NCBI GenBank assembly: GCA_039588295.1 | Contig: JBDHAB010000030.1 | Coordinates: 1 to 38,328 of the forward strand | Length of the DNA stretch: 38,328 bases | Direction: 5' to 3' | Source of the DNA: Gemmatimonadota bacterium | GTDB taxonomy: Bacteria > Gemmatimonadota > Gemmatimonadetes > Gemmatimonadales > GWC2-71-9 | Part shown: positions 9,288-16,772 of the stretch, piece after piece | Position numbering within the stretch: the stretch's first letter is position 1 | Layout of the letters: each line of letters starts with the position of its first letter | Position numbers and translations under genes: made by a program | Notes under the pieces: generated by a model | Told to the model about the DNA's origin: nothing | The model's database searches: none | What the model saw: the letters and a program-made list of their open reading frames with translations, nothing else

Positions 9288-9368
9288 GGGAGAAGAGTGG
9301 GAAGGAATAAGGGATAAGTGAAGGGACGAGTCGAACGCTTGTCCCTTTTCCCTTCTTCCTTCTCCCTT
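9286..9368. repeat. Inverted heptamer-periodic array
   Basis: Purine arm (ataaggg ataagtg aaggg), core hairpin aagggacgag/cttgtccctt, pyrimidine arm gtccctt ttccctt cttcctt ctccctt. Confidence 0.75.
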
Positions 9369-9379
9369 GCACACCTCTC

Positions 9380-10615
9380 ATGCGCCTCCTCCTCCTCCTC
9401 CCCACCACCACCTACCGCACTGAGGCTTTTGTGGAGGCGGCCCTTCGGTTGGGCGTCGATCTGACGGTGGCATCGGAGGAGGACAGTGCGTTCTCCGAGC
9501 GCGAGTCAGAGGGCCTCCTGACGCTGGACTTTCGCAGCCCTGCGCAGATGGTTGCCGAGGTGGATGCGTACGCGGCCGAGTTTCCCGTGGACGCGGTGTT
9601 TGGGGTAGATGACGAGACCGCCGTCGCGGCGGCGACCATCTCCGACGCTTTGGGGCTTCCGCACACCCCTGTCCCCGCCGTGCGTGCCGCCGGCGACAAG
9701 CACCAGCAGCGTGAGTTGCTGCAGGCGGCGGGTGTTCCGGTTCCTCGGTACGTCCTGCATGAGATCGATGAAGATCCCCGCGGCATCGCGCGGGTGACCC
9801 AGTATCCTTGCGTGCTCAAGCCACTCCACCTTTCGGCGAGCCGAGGGGTGATTCGCGTGAACAGCGCCGAGGAATTCGTGTTCGCGCATCGGCGCATGGC
9901 GGAGATTCTGCGCGCGCCCGACGTGCGCGCCCGCGGTGACGAGCAGGGCGGGCGGTTCCTGGTGGAGCACTTCGTTGCGGGACCGGAATTCGCGCTCGAA
10001 GGGCTCGTCGTCGACGGCGAGCTCCACGTGTTGGCCTTGTGGGACAAACCCGATCCACTCAACGGGCCCTTCTTTGCCGAGACGATTTACGTGACGCCGT
10101 CGCGGGTTCCACAGGAGGTGCAGGGCGAGCTCGTTGATTGTGCCGAGCGCGCGACGTGGGCATTGGGACTCACGCGGGGCCCCATCCATGTGGAACTGCG
10201 CCACAACCGGCGCGGTCCCTGGCTCATCGAGCTCGCCGCGCGTCCCATCGGCGGGAAGTGCGGCCAAGCGCTGCGCTTCGGCGCCGATGGCAAGCTGTCC
10301 TTCGAGCAGGTCCTGCTGAGTCATGCGCTCGGGATGCTGACCGAGGTCCCGGTTCGTGAGTCGAGTGCGACCGGGGTGATGATGTTGCCCGTTCGGGAGG
10401 AAGGGGTGCTGCGCCGCGTGCAGGGTGCAGACGACGCCCGGCGGGTGCGGCACGTGACGGATGTGGTCCTGTCGGCCCACCGCGGTCAGCGCTTGATACC
10501 CCTTCCGGAGGAAGCGGTATACGTCGGGTTCATCTTCGCGCGGGCGGACACGCCAGACGAGGTGGAACAGGCGCTCCGCGAAGCCGACGAGCGCCTGAGG
10601 ATCGACGTGGGGTGA
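9380..10615 (+). CDS. ATP-grasp domain protein (L-amino-acid ligase-like)
   Basis: DKHQQRELL..GVPVP, YPCVLKP..SASRGVIRV, LVEHFVAGPEFALEG, GPIHVELR, IELAARPIGG. Confidence 0.88.
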   Translation: MRLLLLLPTTTYRTEAFVEAALRLGVDLTVASEEDSAFSERESEGLLTLDFRSPAQMVAEVDAYAAEFPVDAVFGVDDETAVAAATISDALGLPHTPVPAVRAAGDKHQQRELLQAAGVPVPRYVLHEIDEDPRGIARVTQYPCVLKPLHLSASRGVIRVNSAEEFVFAHRRMAEILRAPDVRARGDEQGGRFLVEHFVAGPEFALEGLVVDGELHVLALWDKPDPLNGPFFAETIYVTPSRVPQEVQGELVDCAERATWALGLTRGPIHVELRHNRRGPWLIELAARPIGGKCGQALRFGADGKLSFEQVLLSHALGMLTEVPVRESSATGVMMLPVREEGVLRRVQGADDARRVRHVTDVVLSAHRGQRLIPLPEEAVYVGFIFARADTPDEVEQALREADERLRIDVG

Positions 10616-10630
10616 GCGAGGATTCGGGCG

Positions 10631-10662
10631 CACCTACCACCTACCACGTATCCCCTACCACC
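10631..10662. repeat. Heptamer tandem array (CACCTAC)
   Basis: cacctac cacctac cacgtat cccctac cacc. Confidence 0.75.
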
Positions 10663-10676
10663 AGCTCCCCCCCTGC

Positions 10677-10705
10677 TTGACCCTCTCAAAGACCCCCGGT
10701 ATGTT
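10677..10705 (+). promoter_or_regulatory. Putative sigma70 promoter for the tRNA pair
   Basis: TTGACC, 17-bp spacer, TATGTT; ends 30 bp upstream of tRNA-Leu. Confidence 0.6.
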
Positions 10706-10734
10706 TTTGTCCCTCGGGAGGTTAGCTCCCGCAC

Positions 10735-10816
10735 GCCCTGGTGGTGGAACTGGTAGACACGCTGTCTTGAGGGGGCAGTGGCGAGAGCCGTCCCGGTTCG
10801 AATCCGGGCCAGGGCA
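10735..10816 (+). tRNA. tRNA-Leu (GAG)
   Basis: Acceptor GCCCTGG/CCAGGGC + A; D-loop GGAACTGGTAGAC; anticodon arm CTGTC-TTGAGGG-GGCAG; long variable arm; T-loop GTTCGAATC; CCA not encoded. Confidence 0.95.
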
Positions 10817-10822
10817 TCCCAA

Positions 10823-10894
10823 GCCACCGTAGCTCAGCGGTAGAGCTCTCGATTCGTAATCGAGTGGTCGTCGGTTCAATTCCGACCGGTGGCT
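10823..10894 (+). tRNA. tRNA-Thr (CGT)
   Basis: Acceptor GCCACCG/CGGTGGC + T; TAGCTCAGCGGTAGAGC; anticodon arm CTCGA-TTCGTAA-TCGAG; GGTTCAATTCC; CCA not encoded. Confidence 0.95.
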
Positions 10895-11037
10895 CTGAGG
10901 CTCGTCAAGGTCTGCGTCTGCGGAGCGGGCCAGAGCGCCCGCTCCCTCGCGTGCTGCTCTCTGTGCCTTGAATCCTCCGGGCACCGCGATCCGTCCTGTA
11001 TACCACACACGGACACATGGCTACGAGGAAACCTGCT

Positions 11038-12603
11038 ATGCGCATTGCACACGATCGTTTGGCGTATCTGGTCATCGCGCTGATCGTCCTTCCAGGGCAT
11101 GCGGCTCGTTCGCAGAGCTTGCCGACGGACGATCCGGTCATCCGCCAGATGTGGGAGGAGGGGATCGACCGCTCGCAGACCGGGCGGCTCGCCCAGGCCC
11201 TCATGGACTCGATTGGCCCGCGGTTGGCCGGGAGCCCCGAGTTTGCATCCGCCACCGACTGGCTGGTGGCGACCTACCGGAAGTGGGGGGTAGCAGCCCG
11301 CAAGGAGCAGTACGGCACGTGGCGCGGATGGCGCCAGGGCATCCTGCACGTCGACCTCATCGCCCCACGCGTGCAGACGCTCGAGGCAGAGCTCCTGGCG
11401 TGGAGTCCCGGCACAAACGGACCGGTCGAGGGGGAAGTCGTCGCACTCTCCGACATCGTCACCGGCTCCGATCCGGCGGCCTGGCTTCCGGGGGTGCGCG
11501 GGAAGTTCGTCCTGGCCTACCCGCCGGAGCAGATGTGCCGCGCACCGCAGGAACTGGAGGAATACGCACGGACCGAGACCGTGGAGCGGCTCGATGCGTT
11601 GCGCGACTCCACGAGGAGCGCGTTCTTCGCGGTGTTGCGACAGGCTGGGGGCTTTCGCACTCTGGGCGGTCGGCTCGAGGAGGCAGGCGCCGCGGGCGTG
11701 ATCCAGTCCAGCTGGTCACAGGGGTGGGGGGTCAACAAGATCTTCAGCGCCTCGACCGAACGGGTCCCGTCGATCGACCTGTCGTGCGAGGACTACGGGC
11801 TCGTGTATCGGCTCGCCGTCAACGGGCAGGGTCCCAGGCTCAGGATTGAAGCCGAGTCCGAGGCGCTGGGTGAGGTGCCGCAGTTCAACGTCATCGCCGA
11901 GATGACGGGTACCGAACTGCCGGACGAGTACGTGCTGCTGTCGGCCCACCTCGATTCGTGGCACGGCGCGACGGGCGCGACCGACAACGGGACGGGCACC
12001 ATCATGATGCTCGAAGCAATGCGGATCCTGAAGGCAACCTATCCGAATCCGCGGCGCACGATTCTCGTTGGACACTGGGGTGCGGAAGAGATGGGCCTGA
12101 TCGGCTCTCGCTCATTCGTCGAGGATCACCCCGAGGTGGTGGAGAACCTGCAAGTCGCCTTCAACCAGGACAACGGCACGTGGCGGGTCGAGCGGATCGA
12201 GGGGCAGGGCTTCCTCCGCGCAGGCCAGCACATCGGCCGGTGGATCTCGCTCGTTCCACGCGAGATCAGCGAGTCCATCACGCTGGAGTTCCCAGGCGCG
12301 CAGAACAATCGCGGCAGCGACCACACTTCGTTCGTCTGCCTGGGGGTCCCGGCCTTCCGACTCCAATCGAGCTACGACGAGTACCGGCAGTACACCTGGC
12401 ACACGAATCGCGACACGTATGACAAGATCGTGTTCGACGACTTGAAGCAGAACGCCACGCTCGCGGCGATGCTCGCGTATGCCGCCTCGGAGGATCCCGA
12501 GCGCGTCCCACGAGACAAGGCGGTGTTGCCCGTGGACCCGCGTTCGGGAGAGGCCCGCGAGTGGATGGGGTGTGGCACGGCGAGGAGGAGCTGGCAACAG
12601 TAA
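11038..12603 (+). CDS. M28 family metallopeptidase (carboxypeptidase Q-like), secreted
   Basis: Signal peptide; DSIGPRLAGS, SAHLDSW..GATDNGTG, GAEEMGLIGS, NQDNG, SDHTSF, WHTNRDT. Start ATG 11038 has GAGGA upstream; 11017 is an alternative. Confidence 0.9.
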   Translation: MRIAHDRLAYLVIALIVLPGHAARSQSLPTDDPVIRQMWEEGIDRSQTGRLAQALMDSIGPRLAGSPEFASATDWLVATYRKWGVAARKEQYGTWRGWRQGILHVDLIAPRVQTLEAELLAWSPGTNGPVEGEVVALSDIVTGSDPAAWLPGVRGKFVLAYPPEQMCRAPQELEEYARTETVERLDALRDSTRSAFFAVLRQAGGFRTLGGRLEEAGAAGVIQSSWSQGWGVNKIFSASTERVPSIDLSCEDYGLVYRLAVNGQGPRLRIEAESEALGEVPQFNVIAEMTGTELPDEYVLLSAHLDSWHGATGATDNGTGTIMMLEAMRILKATYPNPRRTILVGHWGAEEMGLIGSRSFVEDHPEVVENLQVAFNQDNGTWRVERIEGQGFLRAGQHIGRWISLVPREISESITLEFPGAQNNRGSDHTSFVCLGVPAFRLQSSYDEYRQYTWHTNRDTYDKIVFDDLKQNATLAAMLAYAASEDPERVPRDKAVLPVDPRSGEAREWMGCGTARRSWQQ

Positions 12604-12624
12604 GCCCAGGACCTCGGCTCAGGG

Positions 12625-13587
12625 CTACACGGCCGTCGGGATGCTCCCTGCGGTTGCGCGGGCCGGCTCGACGCCGATCTGCGAGACGTCGAGTGGAATG
12701 CCCTTGCGCCGGTCGCGCACCAACGCGATCGCGCCGGTGTCGCATTGGCCCTCGCAGACACCGCAGCCCATACACTTCTGCCAGTCGACGGTGGAGCGGC
12801 CGTTGACCGTGACCGCCTCGAAGGGACAGGCCTCCTCACAGGACCCGCAGGCAATGCACGATGCCTCGTCGACCTGGGCGACAAACCCCGACGCTGCCAC
12901 CATCGGCACGCCGTGCCGGACCATTGCTTCCAGCCCCCCGCAGCAGCACGTGCAGCAATTGCAGATGGCGTAGAACCGGTTGTCGCAGGCATCCTTGAAG
13001 TACGCGGTGTGCACGTGACCACGCTCGTGCTCCGCGCGGAGCAGCGCCACCGCCTCTTCCTGCGTCACGCGTCGCGATCGTTGGGGGTGATGCTCGAGCG
13101 TGAAGGCCCCATGACCCACGATCATGCACACGTCGGTGGGCGTGCACGGCTCCTCGCGCGCGAGGCGGCACGGACACTCCAGCAGCACGATGTTGGGAGC
13201 GCCCTTGAGCACGAGGTCGCGCGCGGTGGGGTAGGGAATCACCTGCTCGAGATCGGTGCGTTGGATGTCGTGGTCCAGCGTAACGATCCGGCAAGCCAGG
13301 TCGGTGGGGAGCACCTTGCCGTGGTACCGATCGGCCCACCAGCGTTTCACCCGTGGGGTCATGCGGGGCAGCAGTCTGTGGATGCAGAAGCTGATATACT
13401 GGTACGGCCAGCGCCCGTACACGTACCCGTGCAAGGCGCGCCAGAGACTCGTCTGGCGCTCGCCATCACGCGGGCCGGTGATTGCCGCGCGTGTGGACGG
13501 CAGCAGGAGGTGCCCGCGCTCACCGACGAGCCACAAGGCGATGAGCGCGGCCACCGGAACGCCAAGGATCACGAAGAGCCACAGCAT
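12625..13587 (-). CDS. Membrane-anchored 4Fe-4S dicluster (ferredoxin-domain) protein
   Basis: N-terminal hydrophobic helix; CPCR..C..C, ICNCCTCCC; C-terminal CIACGSCEEACP and CMGCGVCEGQC; AGGAG upstream of start. Confidence 0.85.
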   Translation of the reverse strand: MLWLFVILGVPVAALIALWLVGERGHLLLPSTRAAITGPRDGERQTSLWRALHGYVYGRWPYQYISFCIHRLLPRMTPRVKRWWADRYHGKVLPTDLACRIVTLDHDIQRTDLEQVIPYPTARDLVLKGAPNIVLLECPCRLAREEPCTPTDVCMIVGHGAFTLEHHPQRSRRVTQEEAVALLRAEHERGHVHTAYFKDACDNRFYAICNCCTCCCGGLEAMVRHGVPMVAASGFVAQVDEASCIACGSCEEACPFEAVTVNGRSTVDWQKCMGCGVCEGQCDTGAIALVRDRRKGIPLDVSQIGVEPARATAGSIPTAV

Positions 13588-13754
13588 GGGGGCTCCTTAG
13601 GGCGGAACAACCTCGGGTGCTTTTCTCGGGCCCGGGGAGGGTCGGTCTAAAGTGCATCAGCGGTGCCGCGTGCGACAAGTCGGATTTGGCCGACGCCCCG
13701 AGACCTGAAACCTTTACGCCCCAACGTTTCGTAGTGAGACGTCAGGAGGACAAC

Positions 13755-14036
13755 ATGGACCTAGGCAACCTGATTTGGATCGCCGCCACGGGGGCGGCCA
13801 GTATCTGGGGCTACGTGCAGACGCGCCGATTCATGCGCAAGCGCTTGCGGTACGTCGATGCGGCGCAGAAACCGGTGGCTCCGGTGGTCGTGGGGGTGGG
13901 AGCGGCAGTCCTGGCGGCGCCCGTCGCCTGGCTTCTCCCGTTTGTCGGCGTGGGGACCGCGATCCTGTTCGGGGCGGGCGTCGGGATGGGGGCAAGCCAC
14001 GGGCAGAAGGATGTGAAGCGGTTGCCCGGTTACTAG
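13755..14036 (+). CDS. Small hypothetical membrane protein
   Basis: Strong SD (AGGAGG) before ATG 13755; Gly/Ala/Val-rich hydrophobic segments. Confidence 0.75.
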   Translation: MDLGNLIWIAATGAASIWGYVQTRRFMRKRLRYVDAAQKPVAPVVVGVGAAVLAAPVAWLLPFVGVGTAILFGAGVGMGASHGQKDVKRLPGY

Positions 14037-14081
14037 GGCTGTCTTATAGTATCGCGAAGCACTTCCGCAGGTTGGAACGCC

Positions 14082-14357
14082 GTGATACAGCGGCCCACGC
14101 TAAAACCGGAGCCGGAATTGTCCCCTGAACCCTTCGGCTTTGACGCGGCGCAGGAGCGCCGGTCGGGTCAGGAACGCCGGGTGCTGTCGGATCGCCGCAG
14201 CGGGCAGGACCGTCGCCGGGCGCAGCGTCGCGCCGGATTTCGTACATCGGGGGCTGATCGCCGCGGTGCCGGAGATGACCGGCGGGGAGGCCAGCGTCGA
14301 AGTGGCGTCGACCGGCGGGCAGAGGGGGTGGGCTGGCAGCTCCCGGCCCGGGAATAG
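14082..14357 (+). CDS. Small Arg-rich (D/E)RR-repeat protein
   Basis: QERRSGQERRVLSDRRSGQDRRRAQRR..ADRRGAGDDRRGGQRRSGVDRR; fills a gap between called genes; start uncertain. Confidence 0.6.
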   Translation: MIQRPTLKPEPELSPEPFGFDAAQERRSGQERRVLSDRRSGQDRRRAQRRAGFRTSGADRRGAGDDRRGGQRRSGVDRRAEGVGWQLPARE

Positions 14358-14379
14358 CACACGGACCGATCCAAAAGGC

Positions 14380-14414
14380 CGCGCCCCCTGCCGTGCGTGC
14401 ACGGAAGGGGCGCG
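14380..14414. terminator. Hairpin between convergent genes
   Basis: cgcgcccc/ggggcgcg plus ccgtg/cacgg; short T run shortly after it on the minus strand. Confidence 0.45.
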
Positions 14415-14427
14415 TTGTTGACCGGGG

Positions 14428-15339
14428 CTACCGTTGGCCGAAGAGGTCTTCGAGAGCCACGGACAGCTCCGGAAATCGGAACTGATATCCGGCCTCGAGG
14501 ACCCGGGTTGGCAACACGCGCTGGAGGTCGAGCAGCGCTTGGGCGGCCTCCCCGAGTGCGACACGCAGCGCAAACGCGGGGGGTCGCAGCACCGCCGGCC
14601 GCCCCAACGCCGATCCCAGCGCCTTGGCGAATGCGTTCACGGTCACGGGGTTTGGGGCCGTGAGGTTGAGCGGACCCGCGACCTCGGACTGCATGGCATG
14701 CAGCACGATTCCGACCTGGTCGGCTACGTGGATCCATGACCACCACTGCTCCCCCGATCCCCACGGCCCGCCCAGCCCCAGCTTGAACATCGGGAGCAGC
14801 GCTTCGAGCACTCCCCCGTCCGGCCCCAATGCCAGGCCGCCCCGCATGAGGACCACCCGTGTGACCCCCTCGGCCTGACGAGCGGCCTCCTCCCAATCGG
14901 CGGCGAGCCGAGCGAGGAAGTCGGTTCCCGCCGGTTGGGACTCATCGACCACGTCGTTGCCCCGTGGGCCGTAGTAGCCGATGGCCGACGCGCTGAGGAG
15001 CGCGTGGGGCCGGGTCGGGGCGTCTCGGATGGCGGCTACGAGGTGCCGGGTGGTCTCGATCCGGCTGCTCTGCAGCAGCGCTTTGCGCTTCGCAGTCCAG
15101 TGTCGGGGCGGTTCGACGATTCGGGCTCCGGCGAGGTTCACCACCACGTCGGTTCCCGCGACCTGATCCTGCCACGGGCCGGGCACGGTGGGGTTGCCCT
15201 GGAGCACCGTGACCCCGGGGCCATGCCAGCGATCTGTCCCGGATCGGGACACCACGACACAATCGTGGCCCCGATCGAGGAGCGCCGCCACCAGGTGTGT
15301 GCCGATGAAGCCGGTGCCGCCGGTTAGGAAGATGCGCAA
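14428..15339 (-). CDS. TIGR01777 family NAD-dependent epimerase/oxidoreductase (YfcH-like)
   Basis: RIFLTGGTGFIG, VVNLAG, SASAIGYYG, DWEEAA, GLGGPWGSGEQWWSWIH, NLTAPNPV. Start likely TTG 15339. Confidence 0.92.
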   Translation of the reverse strand: MRIFLTGGTGFIGTHLVAALLDRGHDCVVVSRSGTDRWHGPGVTVLQGNPTVPGPWQDQVAGTDVVVNLAGARIVEPPRHWTAKRKALLQSSRIETTRHLVAAIRDAPTRPHALLSASAIGYYGPRGNDVVDESQPAGTDFLARLAADWEEAARQAEGVTRVVLMRGGLALGPDGGVLEALLPMFKLGLGGPWGSGEQWWSWIHVADQVGIVLHAMQSEVAGPLNLTAPNPVTVNAFAKALGSALGRPAVLRPPAFALRVALGEAAQALLDLQRVLPTRVLEAGYQFRFPELSVALEDLFGQR

Positions 15340-15491
15340 ATGTAAACCCTTGTCAAATATAAGTTTAGAGGTAATCACCCTGGCAGGGACGGGTCCCTCG
15401 GGGTAGCTTTACATACCAGGATTACACGAGGGATTCTACACGAAAATCGCCGCAGACTCGACCGACCAGGCGAGCTGAAGTAGGAGGGCCC

Positions 15492-16679
15492 ATGAAGGTT
15501 CGCTATCTCACCCACCTATCGAAGCTCGACGGCCTTGCCCCTGAGGAACGTCGTCGGCTCGAACCCGTAGCAGAGCGCTACGTCTTTCGCCTCAACAGCT
15601 ATTACCAACAGCTCATCAACTGGGACGATCCCGCCGATCCGCTGCGCCGGCTCGTGGTGCCGATGGAGTCGGAGCTGAACGATTGGGGCGAGCTGGACGC
15701 CAGCAAGGAATCGAGCTACACGCCGGTTCGCGGCTGCCAGCACAAGTACTCCGACACCGCCCTCTTGTTGGTGAACGAGGTCTGTGGCGCCTACTGCCGT
15801 TACTGCTTCCGCAAGCGGCTGTTCATGAACGACAACGACGACGCAACGCTGGAGTACAAGCCGGGGCTGGACTATATCGCCGAGCATGAGGAGATCACGA
15901 ATGTGCTGCTCACCGGTGGCGATCCGCTCATCATGTCGACGCGTCGTCTCGAGACGATCATCAGCGACGTGGCGGCGGTCCCGCATGTTCGCATCGTACG
16001 GATCGGCTCGAAAATGGCGGCGTTCAATCCGTATCGGATACTGGATGACCCTGACCTCCCGCGAATGATCCGTGAGTTCTGCGGCGCCGGTACGCAGATC
16101 TACATCATGAACCACTTCGACCATCCGCGCGAGCTCACCTCGGCGGCTCGGCACGCCGTCAAGCTGCTCAAACAGGCCGGCGCCATGACGGTCAATCAGT
16201 GCCCGATCGTCCGCGGAGTGAACGACCGACCGCAGACGTTCGCGGCCCTGTTCCGTGAGCTCTCGTTCATCGGTTGCCCGCAGTACTACGTGTTCCAGGG
16301 TCGTCCCACTGCCGGGAACGAACCGTACGAGGTCCCCATCGTCGAGGGCCTGCACATCTTCCTCGAGGCGAACCGGCAAGTGTCGGGACTCGCCAAGCGG
16401 GCCCGCTTTGCGATGTCGCACAGGACGGGCAAGATCGAGGTCGTCGGTGTCGACGACCGGCACCTATACATGCGATACCACCGGGCGCATCGCAAAGAGG
16501 ACTACGGGCGGATGATTGTGGCGCTACGCGACGACACCGCGTACTGGCTTGACCAACTGACGATTGTCTCCGGGCCGCGATCGGCCATCGACTCGGCGGC
16601 CGCGTATGAACCGCGTGGCGCGTGGGACGGGGATGGGAGCCGGGGACGCGGGGCTCGCTGGGGGCGTGCCCAGCCGTAG
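15492..16679 (+). CDS. KamA family radical SAM protein (aminomutase-like, substrate uncertain)
   Basis: HKY, CGAYCRYCFRKR (CxxxCxxC), LLTGGDPL, RIGSK, HFDHPREL, NQCPIVRGVND; AGGAGG SD. Confidence 0.9.
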   Translation: MKVRYLTHLSKLDGLAPEERRRLEPVAERYVFRLNSYYQQLINWDDPADPLRRLVVPMESELNDWGELDASKESSYTPVRGCQHKYSDTALLLVNEVCGAYCRYCFRKRLFMNDNDDATLEYKPGLDYIAEHEEITNVLLTGGDPLIMSTRRLETIISDVAAVPHVRIVRIGSKMAAFNPYRILDDPDLPRMIREFCGAGTQIYIMNHFDHPRELTSAARHAVKLLKQAGAMTVNQCPIVRGVNDRPQTFAALFRELSFIGCPQYYVFQGRPTAGNEPYEVPIVEGLHIFLEANRQVSGLAKRARFAMSHRTGKIEVVGVDDRHLYMRYHRAHRKEDYGRMIVALRDDTAYWLDQLTIVSGPRSAIDSAAAYEPRGAWDGDGSRGRGARWGRAQP

Positions 16680-16701
16680 GACGGCACTGAGGACGCAGGA
16701 A

Positions 16702-16739
16702 ACACGAAGCGCGGAGCCCTGAGGCTCCGCGCTTCGTGT
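16702..16739. terminator. Perfect 17-bp hairpin between convergent genes (possible bidirectional terminator)
   Basis: acacgaagcgcggagcc-ctga-ggctccgcgcttcgtgt; no long U tract. Confidence 0.6.
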
Positions 16740-16772
16740 GCCTCTCGCGCGCGCGGCTCGATCGCCGACAGC

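Noticed and set aside
9506..10633. 375-aa minus-strand ORF
   Set aside because: Antisense shadow of the ATP-grasp gene.
10735..10894. tRNA pair as an integration site for a genomic island
   Set aside because: No integrase, no duplicated tRNA 3' end noticed, and no evident compositional shift downstream.
15360..15490. Lysine riboswitch upstream of the KamA-family gene
   Set aside because: AGAGG and a GTAATC/GATTAC stem are present, but the region is too short and lacks the other conserved elements.
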